Translations under genes and position numbers: made by a program
Shown here: piece by piece, positions 19,285-32,496 of the stretch
Layout: every line of letters starts with the position of its first letter
Position numbering within the stretch: the stretch's first letter is position 1
The notes under the pieces: model-generated
What the model was told of the DNA's origin: nothing
The model's input: the letters and a program-made list of their open reading frames with translations, nothing else
Database searches by the model: none
Origin: Pseudomonadales bacterium
GTDB lineage: Bacteria; Pseudomonadota; Gammaproteobacteria; Pseudomonadales; UBA5518
Assembly (NCBI GenBank): GCA_024234165.1
Contig: JACKOP010000003.1
Span: 577,809 to 641,808, forward strand
Direction of reading: 5' to 3'
Length of the DNA stretch: 64,000 nt

Positions 19285-20649
19285 ATGATGCAAGACGCCG
19301 CAGCAAAGGCCTCGCAAATCGTAGTCGGCATGGGCCGCACCGGGCTGTCGTGCGCGCGCTTTCTGGCACGGCGTGGCGTGCCGTTTGCGGTTGTCGACAG
19401 CCGTGAGCGCCCGCCCGCACTCGAGTCGTTCCGCAGCGAATTTCCCGACGTGGAGTTGCGTACTGGCGCGCTCGATGCAGCCTTTCTCGCCGGCGCCCGC
19501 GAGTTGCTCGTGAGTCCAGGGCTGGATCCGCATGGGCCGGCGTTGGCTGCAGCACGTGCTGCCGGTGCGGCGGTGATCGGCGATATCGAACTCTTCCATC
19601 GCGAGGCGCGTGCACCGATCGTCGCGATCACGGGTACCAACGGCAAGAGTACGGTCACCACGCTGGTCGGCATGATGGCGCACGCGGCCGGTCTGCGCTG
19701 CGGCTGCGGCGGCAATCTGGGTACGCCGGCGCTCGAACTGCTGGATCCCGCAGCGGCGCTCTACGTGCTCGAGTTGTCGAGCTTCCAGCTCGAGACCGTG
19801 ATCGATTTCGCTGCCGACGTGGCGACGATCCTCAATTTCGCACCGGATCACCTCGACCGCTATTCCGATCTGGACGCCTACCATCGGGCGAAGCTGCGCG
19901 TCTACGACGGTGCCCGCCACGTGGTGTTCAACCGTGACGACCCGCGGACCTTTGTGCCGGCGCGCTGCACGGGCACGCGCAGCAGCTTCGGGCTCGGGTC
20001 GGCGCAGGCGCCGGACTACGGACTCGTCGCATTGGCGGGTCGGCCGTGGTTGGCGCAGGGCGGCGAGCCATTGCTGGGCGTCTCCGAACTCGGATTGCGC
20101 GGGCGCCACAACGTTGGCAACGCGCTGGCTGCGGTGGCGCTGGCCGACGCGGCAGGCATACCGCGTGCGGCACAACTCGCGGTGCTGCGCGAGTACCGGG
20201 GCTTGCGGCACCGTTGCCAGCACGTGCGCCACTTTGAAGGTGTCGATTACTTCGACGATTCCAAGGGAACCAATGTGGCGGCCGCAGTCGCTGCGTTGCG
20301 TGGCCTCGCCGCCGACTGCGCCGGTCGCATCGTGCTGATCGCCGGTGGCGTGGCGAAGGAGAACGAGTTCACGGCGCTTGCTGCCGAGCTCGAGCGCGTG
20401 GGGCGTGCCGTGGTGCTGATCGGCGAGGCGGCCGCGCGGATGCAGCATGCGCTCGGCGACGTGCTGCCGGTGCACCGTGCTGCCGGGATGGATGCGGCGG
20501 TCAGTGTGGCACGCGGCCTCGCACGGGCGGGCGACATCGTGCTGCTCTCTCCGGCATGCGCCAGTTTCGACATGTTCCGTGACTTCGAGGAGCGTGGCGA
20601 CGCATTTGTACGTGCCGTGCAGGCACTCGCGGGCGGAGGCGCAGGCTGA
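19285..20649 (+). CDS. murD: UDP-N-acetylmuramoylalanine--D-glutamate ligase
   Basis: 454 aa. GMGRTGLS Rossmann-like N-terminus and P-loop ITGTNGKSTV. Confidence 0.93.
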   Translation: MMQDAAAKASQIVVGMGRTGLSCARFLARRGVPFAVVDSRERPPALESFRSEFPDVELRTGALDAAFLAGARELLVSPGLDPHGPALAAARAAGAAVIGDIELFHREARAPIVAITGTNGKSTVTTLVGMMAHAAGLRCGCGGNLGTPALELLDPAAALYVLELSSFQLETVIDFAADVATILNFAPDHLDRYSDLDAYHRAKLRVYDGARHVVFNRDDPRTFVPARCTGTRSSFGLGSAQAPDYGLVALAGRPWLAQGGEPLLGVSELGLRGRHNVGNALAAVALADAAGIPRAAQLAVLREYRGLRHRCQHVRHFEGVDYFDDSKGTNVAAAVAALRGLAADCAGRIVLIAGGVAKENEFTALAAELERVGRAVVLIGEAAARMQHALGDVLPVHRAAGMDAAVSVARGLARAGDIVLLSPACASFDMFRDFEERGDAFVRAVQALAGGGAG

Positions 20650-20650
20650 G

Positions 20651-21829
20651 ATGCAGTCGACACAGACCGAAGCCGTGCTGATCCGCCGCGCTGGCAGTCT
20701 CGACAGTCAGCTGCTCGTGCTGGTGGTGACGCTGTCGGCAGCGGGTTTCGTGATGATGGGTTCGGCGTCGATGGATTACGCCGCGGAACAGTACGGTGAT
20801 CCCTTCTATCACATCGTCCGTCACGCGATCTTTCTGGTGCTGGGAACGGGTGCGCTGTGGCTGATGCTGCAGTTGCCGGTGCGGCTGTGGGAACACGCGG
20901 GGTCGTGGCTGCTGGTGGCCGGGATCGCCATTCTCGCGCTGGTGCTGGTTCCCGGCGTCGGTCGCGAAGTGAACGGCGCGACACGCTGGATCGCTTTCGG
21001 TCCGTTCAATCTGCAACCCTCCGAGCTGATGAAGCTGTTCTTCATCGTCTACCTCGCAGGCTACATGACGCGGCGCCAGCACGAGGTGCAGAACCACTGG
21101 CGCGGGATGTTCAAGCCGCTCGGGTTGCTCGGCGTGGTGGTGCTGCTGCTGCTGCTCGAACCCGATTTCGGCGCTGCGGTGGTGATCAGCGGCACTGCAA
21201 TGGCGATGCTGTTCCTCGGCGGAGCGCGCCTGCTGCAGTTTGGTGTGCTGCTGTTGCCCGCCCTCGGCGGCGCCGCAGTCGTGGCGGTGTGGTCCCCGTA
21301 CCGGGTGCAGCGCCTGATCACCTTCCTCGACCCGTGGTCGGAGCAGTTTGGCGGTGGCTACCAGCTCACGCAGGCGTTGATTGCCTTCGGTCGTGGCGAG
21401 GTGTTCGGCGTCGGGCTCGGCAACAGCGTGCAGAAGCTGTTCTACCTGCCGGAAGCTCACACCGACTTCGTGTTCGCGATCATCGCCGAGGAACTCGGAC
21501 TGATCGGCTGCATGGCGCTGATCGCACTGTTCGCAGCGCTGGTGGCGCGCATCCTGCGCATCGGCAGCGAGGCTGCGCGGCGCCAGCAGCCGTTCCAGGC
21601 CCATGTGTGCTTCGGCATTGCGTTGCTTGTCGCAGCGCAGGTGTTCATCAACATCGGCGTCAATGCGGGCCTGCTGCCCACCAAGGGCTTGACCTTGCCG
21701 TTCCTCAGCTACGGTGGCAGCAGCCTGTTGGTCCTGCTCGCCATGATGGGGCTGGTGCTGCGCATCGAGCGCGAACTGCGTATCGCACCGGTTGCGGCGC
21801 CTGCGCCATGGAGGCTGCGTCATGCCTGA
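20651..21829 (+). CDS. ftsW: Peptidoglycan glycosyltransferase FtsW (SEDS family)
   Basis: The ATG at 20651 inside ORF 20447..21829. 392 aa, multi-TM, with SEDS motifs (LQPSELMKL, LPEAHTDFVFA, GLTLPFLSYGGSS). Confidence 0.93.
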   Translation: MQSTQTEAVLIRRAGSLDSQLLVLVVTLSAAGFVMMGSASMDYAAEQYGDPFYHIVRHAIFLVLGTGALWLMLQLPVRLWEHAGSWLLVAGIAILALVLVPGVGREVNGATRWIAFGPFNLQPSELMKLFFIVYLAGYMTRRQHEVQNHWRGMFKPLGLLGVVVLLLLLEPDFGAAVVISGTAMAMLFLGGARLLQFGVLLLPALGGAAVVAVWSPYRVQRLITFLDPWSEQFGGGYQLTQALIAFGRGEVFGVGLGNSVQKLFYLPEAHTDFVFAIIAEELGLIGCMALIALFAALVARILRIGSEAARRQQPFQAHVCFGIALLVAAQVFINIGVNAGLLPTKGLTLPFLSYGGSSLLVLLAMMGLVLRIERELRIAPVAAPAPWRLRHA

Positions 21830-22907
21830 GCAGCAGCCTCTGGTGCTGATCACCGGCGGCGGGACCGGTGGGCATGTGTTCCCCGGGCTTGCGGCGGCGG
21901 CAGAGCTCGTCGCGTGCGGAGCGCGGGTGCACTGGCTGGGAACGCGCAGCGGCATGGAAGCACGCCTGGTGCCGGCGGCCGGCATCGCGCTGGACTTCCT
22001 TGACACCAGCGGTGTGCGCGGCAAGCGTCGCAGCGAGCAACTGCTGCTGCCGCTGCGCTTGCTGCGCGCCGTGGTGCAGGCACTGCGCCTGCTGTGGAGG
22101 CTGCGCCCGTCCTGTGTGCTCGGCACTGGCGGTTTCGTCGCCGGTCCGGGCGGGCTGGCGGCGTGGCTGCTGCGCGTGCCGATCGTGGTGCACGAGCAGA
22201 ACGCGATCGCAGGGACCACGAACCGCCTGCTGGCACGCCTGGCGCGGCGCATCCTGCTCGGGTTGCCGGGGCCGTTCGCCGGGAACCCGCGGGCGCAGGT
22301 CGTCGGCAATCCGGTGCGTGCGGCGATCGCGAGCCTGCCGGCCCCCGAGCAGCGTCTTGCAAGGCGCCAGGGCGCGCTGCGGCTGCTGGTCGTCGGCGGC
22401 AGCCAGGGAGCGCGCGTGCTGAACGAAACCCTGCCGGCTGCACTGGCGCTGATCGACGCTGCGCAGCGCCCTGAGGTGTGGCACCAGTGCGGGGCGCAGG
22501 AGCTCCCGGCCTGTGCGGAACGCTATCGCGAGGCGGGTGTGGAAGCCCGCACCAGCGCATTCATCGACGACATGGCGAATGCATACGCATGGGCCGATCT
22601 GGTCGTGTGCCGCGCCGGGGCGCTCACCATCAGCGAACTCGCGGCCGCGGGACTGGCGGCACTGCTGGTGCCGCTGCCCACGGCGATCGACGATCACCAG
22701 AGTGCGAATGCGCGCTGGCTCGTGGCTGCGGGTGCGGCGGTCGCAGTGGCTCAGCGTGACTTCACACCAGTCTGGCTGGCTGCAGAACTGCAGCGTCTCG
22801 GGTCGGCGCGCGCAGAGCTGTTCGCGATGGCGCTTCGTTCCCGTTCGCTCGCGAGGCCTGACGCCGCGGTGCGCGTCGCCACCGCATGCCTGGAGATTGC
22901 ACGATGA
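21822..22907 (+). CDS. murG: Lipid II-forming UDP-GlcNAc transferase MurG
   Basis: The ATG at 21822 has an 8-nt overlap with fts[16 protein letters not shown] is the G-loop. 361 aa. Confidence 0.95.
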   Translation: MPEQQPLVLITGGGTGGHVFPGLAAAAELVACGARVHWLGTRSGMEARLVPAAGIALDFLDTSGVRGKRRSEQLLLPLRLLRAVVQALRLLWRLRPSCVLGTGGFVAGPGGLAAWLLRVPIVVHEQNAIAGTTNRLLARLARRILLGLPGPFAGNPRAQVVGNPVRAAIASLPAPEQRLARRQGALRLLVVGGSQGARVLNETLPAALALIDAAQRPEVWHQCGAQELPACAERYREAGVEARTSAFIDDMANAYAWADLVVCRAGALTISELAAAGLAALLVPLPTAIDDHQSANARWLVAAGAAVAVAQRDFTPVWLAAELQRLGSARAELFAMALRSRSLARPDAAVRVATACLEIAR

Positions 22908-24340
22908 GCGGGCAGCATCACACGCCGGTTCCCGGGATGCGTCGCATCAGACATATCCATTTCGTCGGCATCGGCGGCTCGGGGATGTGCGGAATCGCCG
23001 AGGTGCTGTGCAATCAGGGCTACCGCGTCTCGGGCTCCGACACGGCCGCATCGGCGGTGATCGATCGCCTGCGCTCGCTCGGCATCGAAGTGCACATCGG
23101 TCATCGTGCGACGAATATTTCCGGCGCGGATGTCGTGGTTGCCTCGAGTGCGATCACTGCCGGGAACGTCGAGATCGTCGCCGCGCGCGAACGTCGCGTG
23201 CCGGTGGTGCCGCGCGCGGAGATGCTTGCCGAGATCATGCGCTTTCGTCACGGCATCGCGATTGCGGGCACCCATGGCAAGACCACCACCACGAGCATGA
23301 TCGCGACGATCTTCGCCGAGGCAGGACTAGACCCCACATTCGTGATCGGCGGGCGCGTGAACAGCGTGCAGGCCAATGCACGTCTGGGCGACAGCCGCTA
23401 TCTGGTCGCCGAGGCCGACGAAAGTGATGCATCGTTCCTGCACCTGCAGCCGATGGTGGCCGTGGTCACGAACATCGACGCCGACCATATGGGGACCTAT
23501 GGCGGCGATTTCGAGCGTTTGAAGCGCACCTACGTGGAGTTTCTGCACAACCTGCCTTTCTATGGCATGTGCGTGGTGTGCATCGATGATCCGGCAGCGG
23601 CTTCGATCCTCCCTGAGGTGGCGCGCCAGGTTCTGACCTATGGCGAATCGGAATCCGCCGACTATCGCCTGCGCGATTACCGGCAGCACGGGGCCAGTTC
23701 GCGGTTCCGGGTGCTGCGCCCCGGGGGGCGTGCCGCGCTCGATCTGCACCTTGGCCTGCCCGGGCGTCACTATGCGCTGAACGCGACGGCTGCGGTGGCG
23801 GTGGCGAGCGACGAGGGCGTCGCTGACGAGGCCATCGTGCGTGGTCTGGCGAATTTCCAGGGCGTGGCCAGACGGTTCGAGTCGCACGGGGAGCTTCCGT
23901 GCGCCGGTGGCAGCTTCCTGCTGGTCGACGATTACGGGCATCACCCGACCGAGGTTGCAGCAAACCTTGCCGCGGTGCGTGCCGGCTGGCCCGGGCGGCG
24001 CCTGGTGATGGTGTACCAGCCACACCGCTATTCGCGCACGCGCGAACTCTACGAGGACTTCGTGCGCGTGCTGTCGCAGGTCGATGTGCTGCTGCTGCTC
24101 GAGGTGTATCCGGCAGGCGAGGATCCGTTGCCGGGTGCCGACGGGCGCAGTCTCAGTGGCAGCATCCGCCAGCGCGGACGCATCGACCCCATCTTCGTCG
24201 AACGAACCGAGGACGTGCTTGAACTGCTGGAGCAGGTGCTCAGGCCAGACGATTTCCTGCTGCTGCAGGGCGCGGGCAGCGTTGGCAGGCTGGTCGGAGC
24301 CGTCGTCGAGTGGGCCACTCGAAGCGAGAGGCAGGCATGA
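22904..24340 (+). CDS. murC: UDP-N-acetylmuramate--L-alanine ligase
   Basis: The ATG at 22904 (ATGA overlap with murG). [16 protein letters not shown] and P-loop [11 protein letters not shown]. 478 aa. Confidence 0.95.
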   Translation: MSGQHHTPVPGMRRIRHIHFVGIGGSGMCGIAEVLCNQGYRVSGSDTAASAVIDRLRSLGIEVHIGHRATNISGADVVVASSAITAGNVEIVAARERRVPVVPRAEMLAEIMRFRHGIAIAGTHGKTTTTSMIATIFAEAGLDPTFVIGGRVNSVQANARLGDSRYLVAEADESDASFLHLQPMVAVVTNIDADHMGTYGGDFERLKRTYVEFLHNLPFYGMCVVCIDDPAAASILPEVARQVLTYGESESADYRLRDYRQHGASSRFRVLRPGGRAALDLHLGLPGRHYALNATAAVAVASDEGVADEAIVRGLANFQGVARRFESHGELPCAGGSFLLVDDYGHHPTEVAANLAAVRAGWPGRRLVMVYQPHRYSRTRELYEDFVRVLSQVDVLLLLEVYPAGEDPLPGADGRSLSGSIRQRGRIDPIFVERTEDVLELLEQVLRPDDFLLLQGAGSVGRLVGAVVEWATRSERQA

Positions 24341-25302
24341 GGGAGTTCGCGATCGATACCGCAGCGCTGCGCGGACCGGTGGCCGTGCTGATGGGTGGCA
24401 CGTCGGCGGAGCGCGAGGTATCGCTCGCCTCCGGGCGAGCCGTGCACGCGGCGCTCGCGCGACGGCTGGGCGAGGTGCTGGCGTTCGATGTTGGCGCGGA
24501 CGTCGTGCAACGTCTGGTCGATGCCGGTGTGGCGCATGCGTTCATAGCGCTGCATGGCCGAGGCGGTGAAGACGGTGCGATGCAGGGAGCGCTGCAGACG
24601 CTGGGAATCAGCTACACGGGGAGCGGTGTGCTCGCCTGCGCGCTGGCCATGGACAAATTGCGTTGCAAGCGCTTCTGGCAGGCCGAGGGTGTCGCCACGC
24701 CGGACTTTGCGCTGGTCGGGGACGCCGCCGCGGATTATGCGGCGCTGAGCGCCCGGCTCGGGCCGCGTCTGTTCGTGAAGCCGGCCAGCGAGGGCTCCAG
24801 CATCGGCATCTCGCCGGTCGACGACGCGCCGACGCTGCGCGCGGCCATCGCGCTGGCGCGTCGATACGACACCCAGGTGCTGGTCGAGCGCCGTGTCGAC
24901 GGCCCGGAATACACGGTGGCGATCGTCGATGGCGAGGTGCTGCCGTCGATCCGGCTCGAAACACCGCGCACGTTCTATGACTACGACGCGAAATACCGTC
25001 TCGACAGTACGCGCTACCTGTGCCCCTCGGGGCTCGAGCCGGCCGAGGAGCGCTCGCTCGCCCGGCTTGCCGCACACGCCTACGACAGCCTGGGTTGCAG
25101 CGGGTGGGGGCGCGTGGACGTGATGCGCGATGCCGGCAGTGGCGAATTTCTGGTGCTCGAGGTGAACACCTCGCCCGGCATGACCGACCACAGCCTGGTA
25201 CCGATGGCAGCACGGGCGGCCGGGATCGGTTTCGATGATCTGGTGGCGCGCATCTTCAATGCGAGTCTCGCGTGCAGCCAGTACATGGGGTCCGGTGCAT
25301 GA
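24337..25302 (+). CDS. ddl: D-alanine--D-alanine ligase
   Basis: The ATG at 24337 (ATGA overlap with murC). [14 protein letters not shown] and an ATP-grasp core. 321 aa. Confidence 0.93.
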   Translation: MREFAIDTAALRGPVAVLMGGTSAEREVSLASGRAVHAALARRLGEVLAFDVGADVVQRLVDAGVAHAFIALHGRGGEDGAMQGALQTLGISYTGSGVLACALAMDKLRCKRFWQAEGVATPDFALVGDAAADYAALSARLGPRLFVKPASEGSSIGISPVDDAPTLRAAIALARRYDTQVLVERRVDGPEYTVAIVDGEVLPSIRLETPRTFYDYDAKYRLDSTRYLCPSGLEPAEERSLARLAAHAYDSLGCSGWGRVDVMRDAGSGEFLVLEVNTSPGMTDHSLVPMAARAAGIGFDDLVARIFNASLACSQYMGSGA

Positions 25303-26129
25303 GCAGCGTGTTGCTGCGCCTCGGTGGTCGGGCCGGACTGCGCCGCGGCGCGACGCGCAAGGGTGCTGGCCGGCGCGTCACGCGTGCAGCGTGGCTGACG
25401 CCGGTAACGATCGCGGTGCTGCTGGTGGTGGCGTTGCGACTCGGCTACGCCGCACTGACCGAAGTCGCAAACGTGCCGATCAGCAAGGTCACGGTAAACG
25501 GAGATTTCCGCTTTCTGGATCGCGAGGTGGTGGAGCGGATCATGCTGCCGCATCTGGGTACGGGTTATTTCATGGTCGATCTCGCGCGCATCCGCGACGA
25601 CCTGCTGGCGTTGCCGATGGTGTACCAGGTCACGGTGCGCCGCGCCTGGCCGGATCGGTTGATGGTGTTCATCACGGAGCAGGTCCCGGTGCTGCGCTTC
25701 GGTGACGACGCGTACCTCAACCCCTACGCCGAGGTGTTTCATCCGCAGGTCGGGCTGCCGGGTGTGGAGTTGCCGCGTGTCGACGGACCTGCGGGCAGCG
25801 AGACGATGTTGCTGCGCCAGTTCGATGTGTTCACGGGGCTGCTGGAGCCGGCGGGGCTGCGCATCGCACGACTGATGCTGGACGGCAAGCACGCGTGGCG
25901 CATGCGGCTCGACAACGGCAGTGAGGTGCTGTTGGGGCGGCGCGACATCGAGCGCAGGGCCGCGCGGATGGCGCGCCTGTTCACGCACGACTGGGCGATG
26001 GAGCGCGACCGCGTGGAGCGCCTGGACATGCGTTACACCAACGGCGTCGCGGTGGCCTGGAAGGGCGAACCGGCAGCGGGACGCAAGTATCGCGCGCGCG
26101 CCGGTGGCGCCGGCGCGACACAGCAGTGA
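25299..26129 (+). CDS. ftsQ: Cell division protein FtsQ
   Basis: The ATG at 25299 (ATGA overlap with ddl). One TM helix followed by POTRA-like VTVNGDFRFLDREVV. 276 aa. Confidence 0.88.
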   Translation: MSSVLLRLGGRAGLRRGATRKGAGRRVTRAAWLTPVTIAVLLVVALRLGYAALTEVANVPISKVTVNGDFRFLDREVVERIMLPHLGTGYFMVDLARIRDDLLALPMVYQVTVRRAWPDRLMVFITEQVPVLRFGDDAYLNPYAEVFHPQVGLPGVELPRVDGPAGSETMLLRQFDVFTGLLEPAGLRIARLMLDGKHAWRMRLDNGSEVLLGRRDIERRAARMARLFTHDWAMERDRVERLDMRYTNGVAVAWKGEPAAGRKYRARAGGAGATQQ

Positions 26130-26141
26130 ATGAGGGTATCG

Positions 26142-27359
26142 ATGAGCGGAAAGATGATTGTCGGGCTGGATATAGGCACCTCGAAAGTGGTCGCGATGGT
26201 CGGCGAGGTTGCTGGCGACGGTTTGCTGAAGATCGTCGGGCTGGGTTCGCACCCTTCGCGCGGCCTGAAGAAGGGTGTGGTGGTCAATATCGAATCGACC
26301 GTGCAGTCGATCCAGCGTGCGATCGAAGAGGCCGAATTGATGGCAGGCTGTCAGATCCACTCGGTATATGCCGGTATCGCCGGCAGCCACATCCGCAGCC
26401 TGAACTCGCACGGCATCGTTGCGATCCGTGACCGTGAGGTCTACGCGCACGACATCGAACGCGTGATCGATGCAGCGCAGGCGGTGGCGATACCGGCCGA
26501 CCAGAAGATCCTGCATATCCTGCCGCAGGAATACATCATCGATAGCCAGGAGGGGATCAAGGAGCCGCTCGGGATGTCCGGCGTGCGCCTCGAGGCGAAG
26601 GTGCACGTCGTGACCTGTGCGGTCAATGCGGCGCAGAACATCGAGAAGTGCATTCGTCGCTGCGGCCTCGAAGTCGAGGAGATCATCCTCGAACAACTCG
26701 CATCGAGCTACGCGGTGCTGACCGACGATGAGCGTGAGCTCGGCGTCTGCCTGGTCGATATCGGCGGTGGCACGACGGATATCGCGGTCTTCACCGAAGG
26801 CGCGATCCGCCATACCGGCGTGATCCCGATCGCCGGTGACCAGGTCACCAACGACATTGCGATGGCGTTGCGCACGCCGACGCAGTACGCCGAGGAGATC
26901 AAGATCCGCTATGCGTGCGCGCTCGCGCAATTGGCCGGCGCAGACGAGACGATCAAGGTGCCCGGTGTCGGCGAGCGCGGCGCGCGTGACCTGTCGCGGC
27001 AGGCGCTGGCGGAGGTCGTGGAGCCGCGCTACGACGAGCTGTTCACGTTGGTGCAGTCGGAGATCCGCCGCAGCGGCTTCGAGGACATGCTGGCCGGCGG
27101 CATCGTGCTGACCGGTGGCACCTCGAAGATGGAAGGCGTGGTCGAACTCGCCGAGGAGATCTTCCACATGCCGGTACGCATCGGTTCTCCCGCCGGCGTG
27201 CAGGGCATGGCCGATATCGTGAAGAACCCGATCTATTCGACGGCCGTGGGACTGCTGCTGTTCGGCGTCAAGCAGTACGCGGCCGGCGCAGGTGTCAAGG
27301 AAGCTCCGGGCCGCGGCCTGGTGAAGAAGATGAAGCAGTGGTTGCAGGGCAATTTCTGA
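26142..27359 (+). CDS. ftsA: Cell division protein FtsA
   Basis: Actin-fold motifs VGLDIGTSKV and DIGGGTTDIAVF. I prefer the ATG at 26142, which has a GAGGG Shine-Dalgarno 5 nt upstream. The ORF-track start at 26130 is the alternative. Confidence 0.93.
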   Translation: MSGKMIVGLDIGTSKVVAMVGEVAGDGLLKIVGLGSHPSRGLKKGVVVNIESTVQSIQRAIEEAELMAGCQIHSVYAGIAGSHIRSLNSHGIVAIRDREVYAHDIERVIDAAQAVAIPADQKILHILPQEYIIDSQEGIKEPLGMSGVRLEAKVHVVTCAVNAAQNIEKCIRRCGLEVEEIILEQLASSYAVLTDDERELGVCLVDIGGGTTDIAVFTEGAIRHTGVIPIAGDQVTNDIAMALRTPTQYAEEIKIRYACALAQLAGADETIKVPGVGERGARDLSRQALAEVVEPRYDELFTLVQSEIRRSGFEDMLAGGIVLTGGTSKMEGVVELAEEIFHMPVRIGSPAGVQGMADIVKNPIYSTAVGLLLFGVKQYAAGAGVKEAPGRGLVKKMKQWLQGNF

Positions 27360-27399
27360 TTTTTGGACCGTCAGTCAATTCAACGGAGAGGTGTGAGCC

Positions 27400-28563
27400 A
27401 TGTTCGAACTGGTAGACAACGTACCGCAGACCGCAGTCATCAAGGTGGTAGGCGTCGGTGGTGGCGGCGGCAACGCCGTCAAGCACATGATCGGCAACTC
27501 GGTCGATGGGGTGGAGTTCATCTGCGCGAATACCGACGCGCAGGCACTGTCCGACATCGCCTCGCGTACCGTGCTGCAGCTTGGCTCGGGTATCACCAAG
27601 GGGCTCGGCGCGGGTGCCAATCCGCAGATCGGGCGCCAGGCGGCACTCGAGGATCGCGACCGCATCGCGGAAGTGCTGGGCGGTGCCGATATGGTGTTCA
27701 TCACGGCTGGCATGGGTGGCGGCACCGGCACCGGTGCGGCGCCGATCGTCGCCGAGGTGGCCAAGGAGCTCGGCATCCTGACCGTTGCGGTGGTCACCCG
27801 GCCGTTCAAGTTCGAGGGCAAGAAGCGCGCAACGATCGCCGAAGAGGGATTGCTGGAATTGCAGCAGCACGTCGACTCGCTGATCACGATCCCGAACGAG
27901 AAGCTGCTCAGCGTGCTTGGCAAGAACACCAGTCTGCTCGATGCGTTCAAGGCGGCGAATGACGTGCTTCTCGGCGCGGTACAGGGCATTGCCGATCTGA
28001 TCATCCGCCCGGGGATGATCAACGTCGATTTCGCGGATGTGCGTACCGTGATGTCGGAAATGGGCATGGCGATGATGGGAACCGGCGTTGCACGTGGCGA
28101 GAACCGTGCGCGCGAGGCTGCCGAGGCGGCGATCCGCAGCCCGTTGCTGGAGGACATCAATCTGCAGGGAGCCCGGGGTATTTTGGTGAATATCACCGCG
28201 GGACCCGATCTCTCTCTCGGCGAATTCGAAGAAGTCGGCGACACTGTCGAGGAGTTCGCATCTGACTCCGCGACCGTGGTGGTCGGAACGGTGATCGATC
28301 CGGAAATGAACGGGGAGATCAAGGTCACGGTGGTGGCCACGGGGTTGGGTGAAGCGCGCAAGGAGCGACCGGTCAAGGTGGTCGACAACACGCACGTGGC
28401 GGCTGCCGGTCCGGATTATCGCGGGCTGGATTCGCCGGCGGTGCGGCGACGCCAGGCCGGAGGGCGCGAGCCGGCAGCCGAGCGGCCGCAGATCGCGGTC
28501 GGTGCGGAGCGGGATCTGGATTATCTGGATATTCCCGCTTTTCTGCGCCGGCAAGTGGACTGA
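27400..28563 (+). CDS. ftsZ: Cell division GTPase FtsZ
   Basis: 387 aa with the tubulin signature GGGTGTGAAP and NTDAQAL. The conserved C-terminal peptide DYLDIPAFLRRQ is present. Confidence 0.98.
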   Translation: MFELVDNVPQTAVIKVVGVGGGGGNAVKHMIGNSVDGVEFICANTDAQALSDIASRTVLQLGSGITKGLGAGANPQIGRQAALEDRDRIAEVLGGADMVFITAGMGGGTGTGAAPIVAEVAKELGILTVAVVTRPFKFEGKKRATIAEEGLLELQQHVDSLITIPNEKLLSVLGKNTSLLDAFKAANDVLLGAVQGIADLIIRPGMINVDFADVRTVMSEMGMAMMGTGVARGENRAREAAEAAIRSPLLEDINLQGARGILVNITAGPDLSLGEFEEVGDTVEEFASDSATVVVGTVIDPEMNGEIKVTVVATGLGEARKERPVKVVDNTHVAAAGPDYRGLDSPAVRRRQAGGREPAAERPQIAVGAERDLDYLDIPAFLRRQVD

Positions 28564-28678
28564 GGGCCGGCAACGGGTGGGACCCGTGCGCCGCGCCACG
28601 CATGGTGCGGTGTACGGCATCCGTCGACAAGGCAGGCCGACCCCGCAGATCGGATAACCATATGGGTGGGGTACAACT

Positions 28679-29584
28679 GTGAAAATGCTGACGATGGAAC
28701 ATACGCTTCGCAATTCGATTCGCGCACGCGGTGTCGGTCTGCATACGGGTGAGGACATCCACCTCAATCTGCTTCCGGCACCGCCGGGTACCGGCATCGT
28801 GTTCCGGCGCGTGGATCTGAATCCCGTGGTCGAGTTGCCGGCGCGAGTGGACTACGTATGCGAATCGCGGCTGTGCACGATGCTGCGCCGCGACGGGGTC
28901 CAGGTCGGCACGATAGAACATCTGCTTGCGGCGTGCGCGGGCGTCGGCATCGACAACATGATCGTCGAATTGTCGGCATCCGAGGTGCCGATCATGGACG
29001 GCAGTGCGGGGCCGTTGGTATTCCTGCTGCAGTCGGCCGGAATCGCCGAGCAGCACCAGCCGCGCCACTACGTGCGCGTGCTGCGCCCGATCGAGGTGAG
29101 CGATGGTGACAAGTTCGCGGCGCTGTATCCGTCGGATTCGTTCCGGGTCGAGTTCTCGATAGAGTTCGATCATCCGGTGCTGCGCCACAGCAAGGCGACG
29201 GCAAGCTTCGACAGTGCGACGGCATCGTTCGTGAAGGACATCAGTCGCGCACGTACCTTCGGTTTTACCCACGAAGTCGAGTACCTGCGCTCGCACGGCC
29301 TTGCGCTCGGCGGCAGTACCGACAACGCGATCGTCGTCGACAGCGATCGCATCCTGAACGAAGACGGATTGCGTTACCAGGACGAGTTCGTGCGGCACAA
29401 GATTCTCGATGCGATCGGCGATCTGTACCTGCTCGGCCGGCGCCTGGTGGCGGAGTTCCGCGGCCATAAATCGGGGCATGCGATGAACGTGGCCCTGCTG
29501 CGTGCGCTGCTTGCGCGCCCCGATGCGTGGGAGCTGGTGGAAGAAGTCGCCGGCAGTTACCGCCGCATCCGTGCGGCGGCCTGA
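28679..29584 (+). CDS. lpxC: UDP-3-O-acyl-GlcNAc deacetylase
   Basis: [16 protein letters not shown] and [14 protein letters not shown] motifs. The start is uncertain: GTG 28679, or ATG 28685 or 28694. Confidence 0.93.
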   Translation: MKMLTMEHTLRNSIRARGVGLHTGEDIHLNLLPAPPGTGIVFRRVDLNPVVELPARVDYVCESRLCTMLRRDGVQVGTIEHLLAACAGVGIDNMIVELSASEVPIMDGSAGPLVFLLQSAGIAEQHQPRHYVRVLRPIEVSDGDKFAALYPSDSFRVEFSIEFDHPVLRHSKATASFDSATASFVKDISRARTFGFTHEVEYLRSHGLALGGSTDNAIVVDSDRILNEDGLRYQDEFVRHKILDAIGDLYLLGRRLVAEFRGHKSGHAMNVALLRALLARPDAWELVEEVAGSYRRIRAAA

Positions 29585-29625
29585 ACGTCGCTTGCCTGAA
29601 CCGCTGATCCTGTCGCAATCCAGAG

Positions 29626-29648
29626 ACGCTCCGGGGCTGCCGGAGCGT
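29626..29648 (+). terminator. Stem-loop downstream of lpxC (possible weak terminator or attenuator)
   Basis: ACGCTCCGG-ggctg-CCGGAGCGT is a 9-bp perfect stem followed by TTGCTTC. The U-tract is poor. Confidence 0.35.
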
Positions 29649-29732
29649 TGCTTCACCATGCAAGCTCGCGCGGCAGTACGGTTGCCTCGGTTATAATCGC
29701 GTGCCGCTTCACGCCCGGAACCCGCCTGAACC

Positions 29733-32465
<2,733 letters not shown>

Positions 32466-32496
32466 TCGGCGCACGCCGTCGCGAGGAGTACATTCG

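Noticed and set aside
17809-20475. Very long antisense ORFs. Examples: 888 aa at 17809..20475 (-), 1271 aa at 29709..33524 (-), 695 aa at 25080..27167 (-), 676 aa at 43187..45217 (-), 616 aa at 45604..47454 (-).
   Set aside because: They lie exactly opposite strongly supported genes (murF-murD, secA-argJ, ftsQ-ftsA, aspS, ruvAB). They are Arg/His/Gln/Pro-rich with no recognisable motifs. Such stop-poor shadow frames are expected in high-GC DNA.
29682-29697. TATAAT at 29692-29697 as a secA promoter.
   Set aside because: No acceptable -35 element lies at 16-18 bp spacing (TTGCCT is only 4 bp away) and there is no extended -10 TG. I do not report it as a feature.
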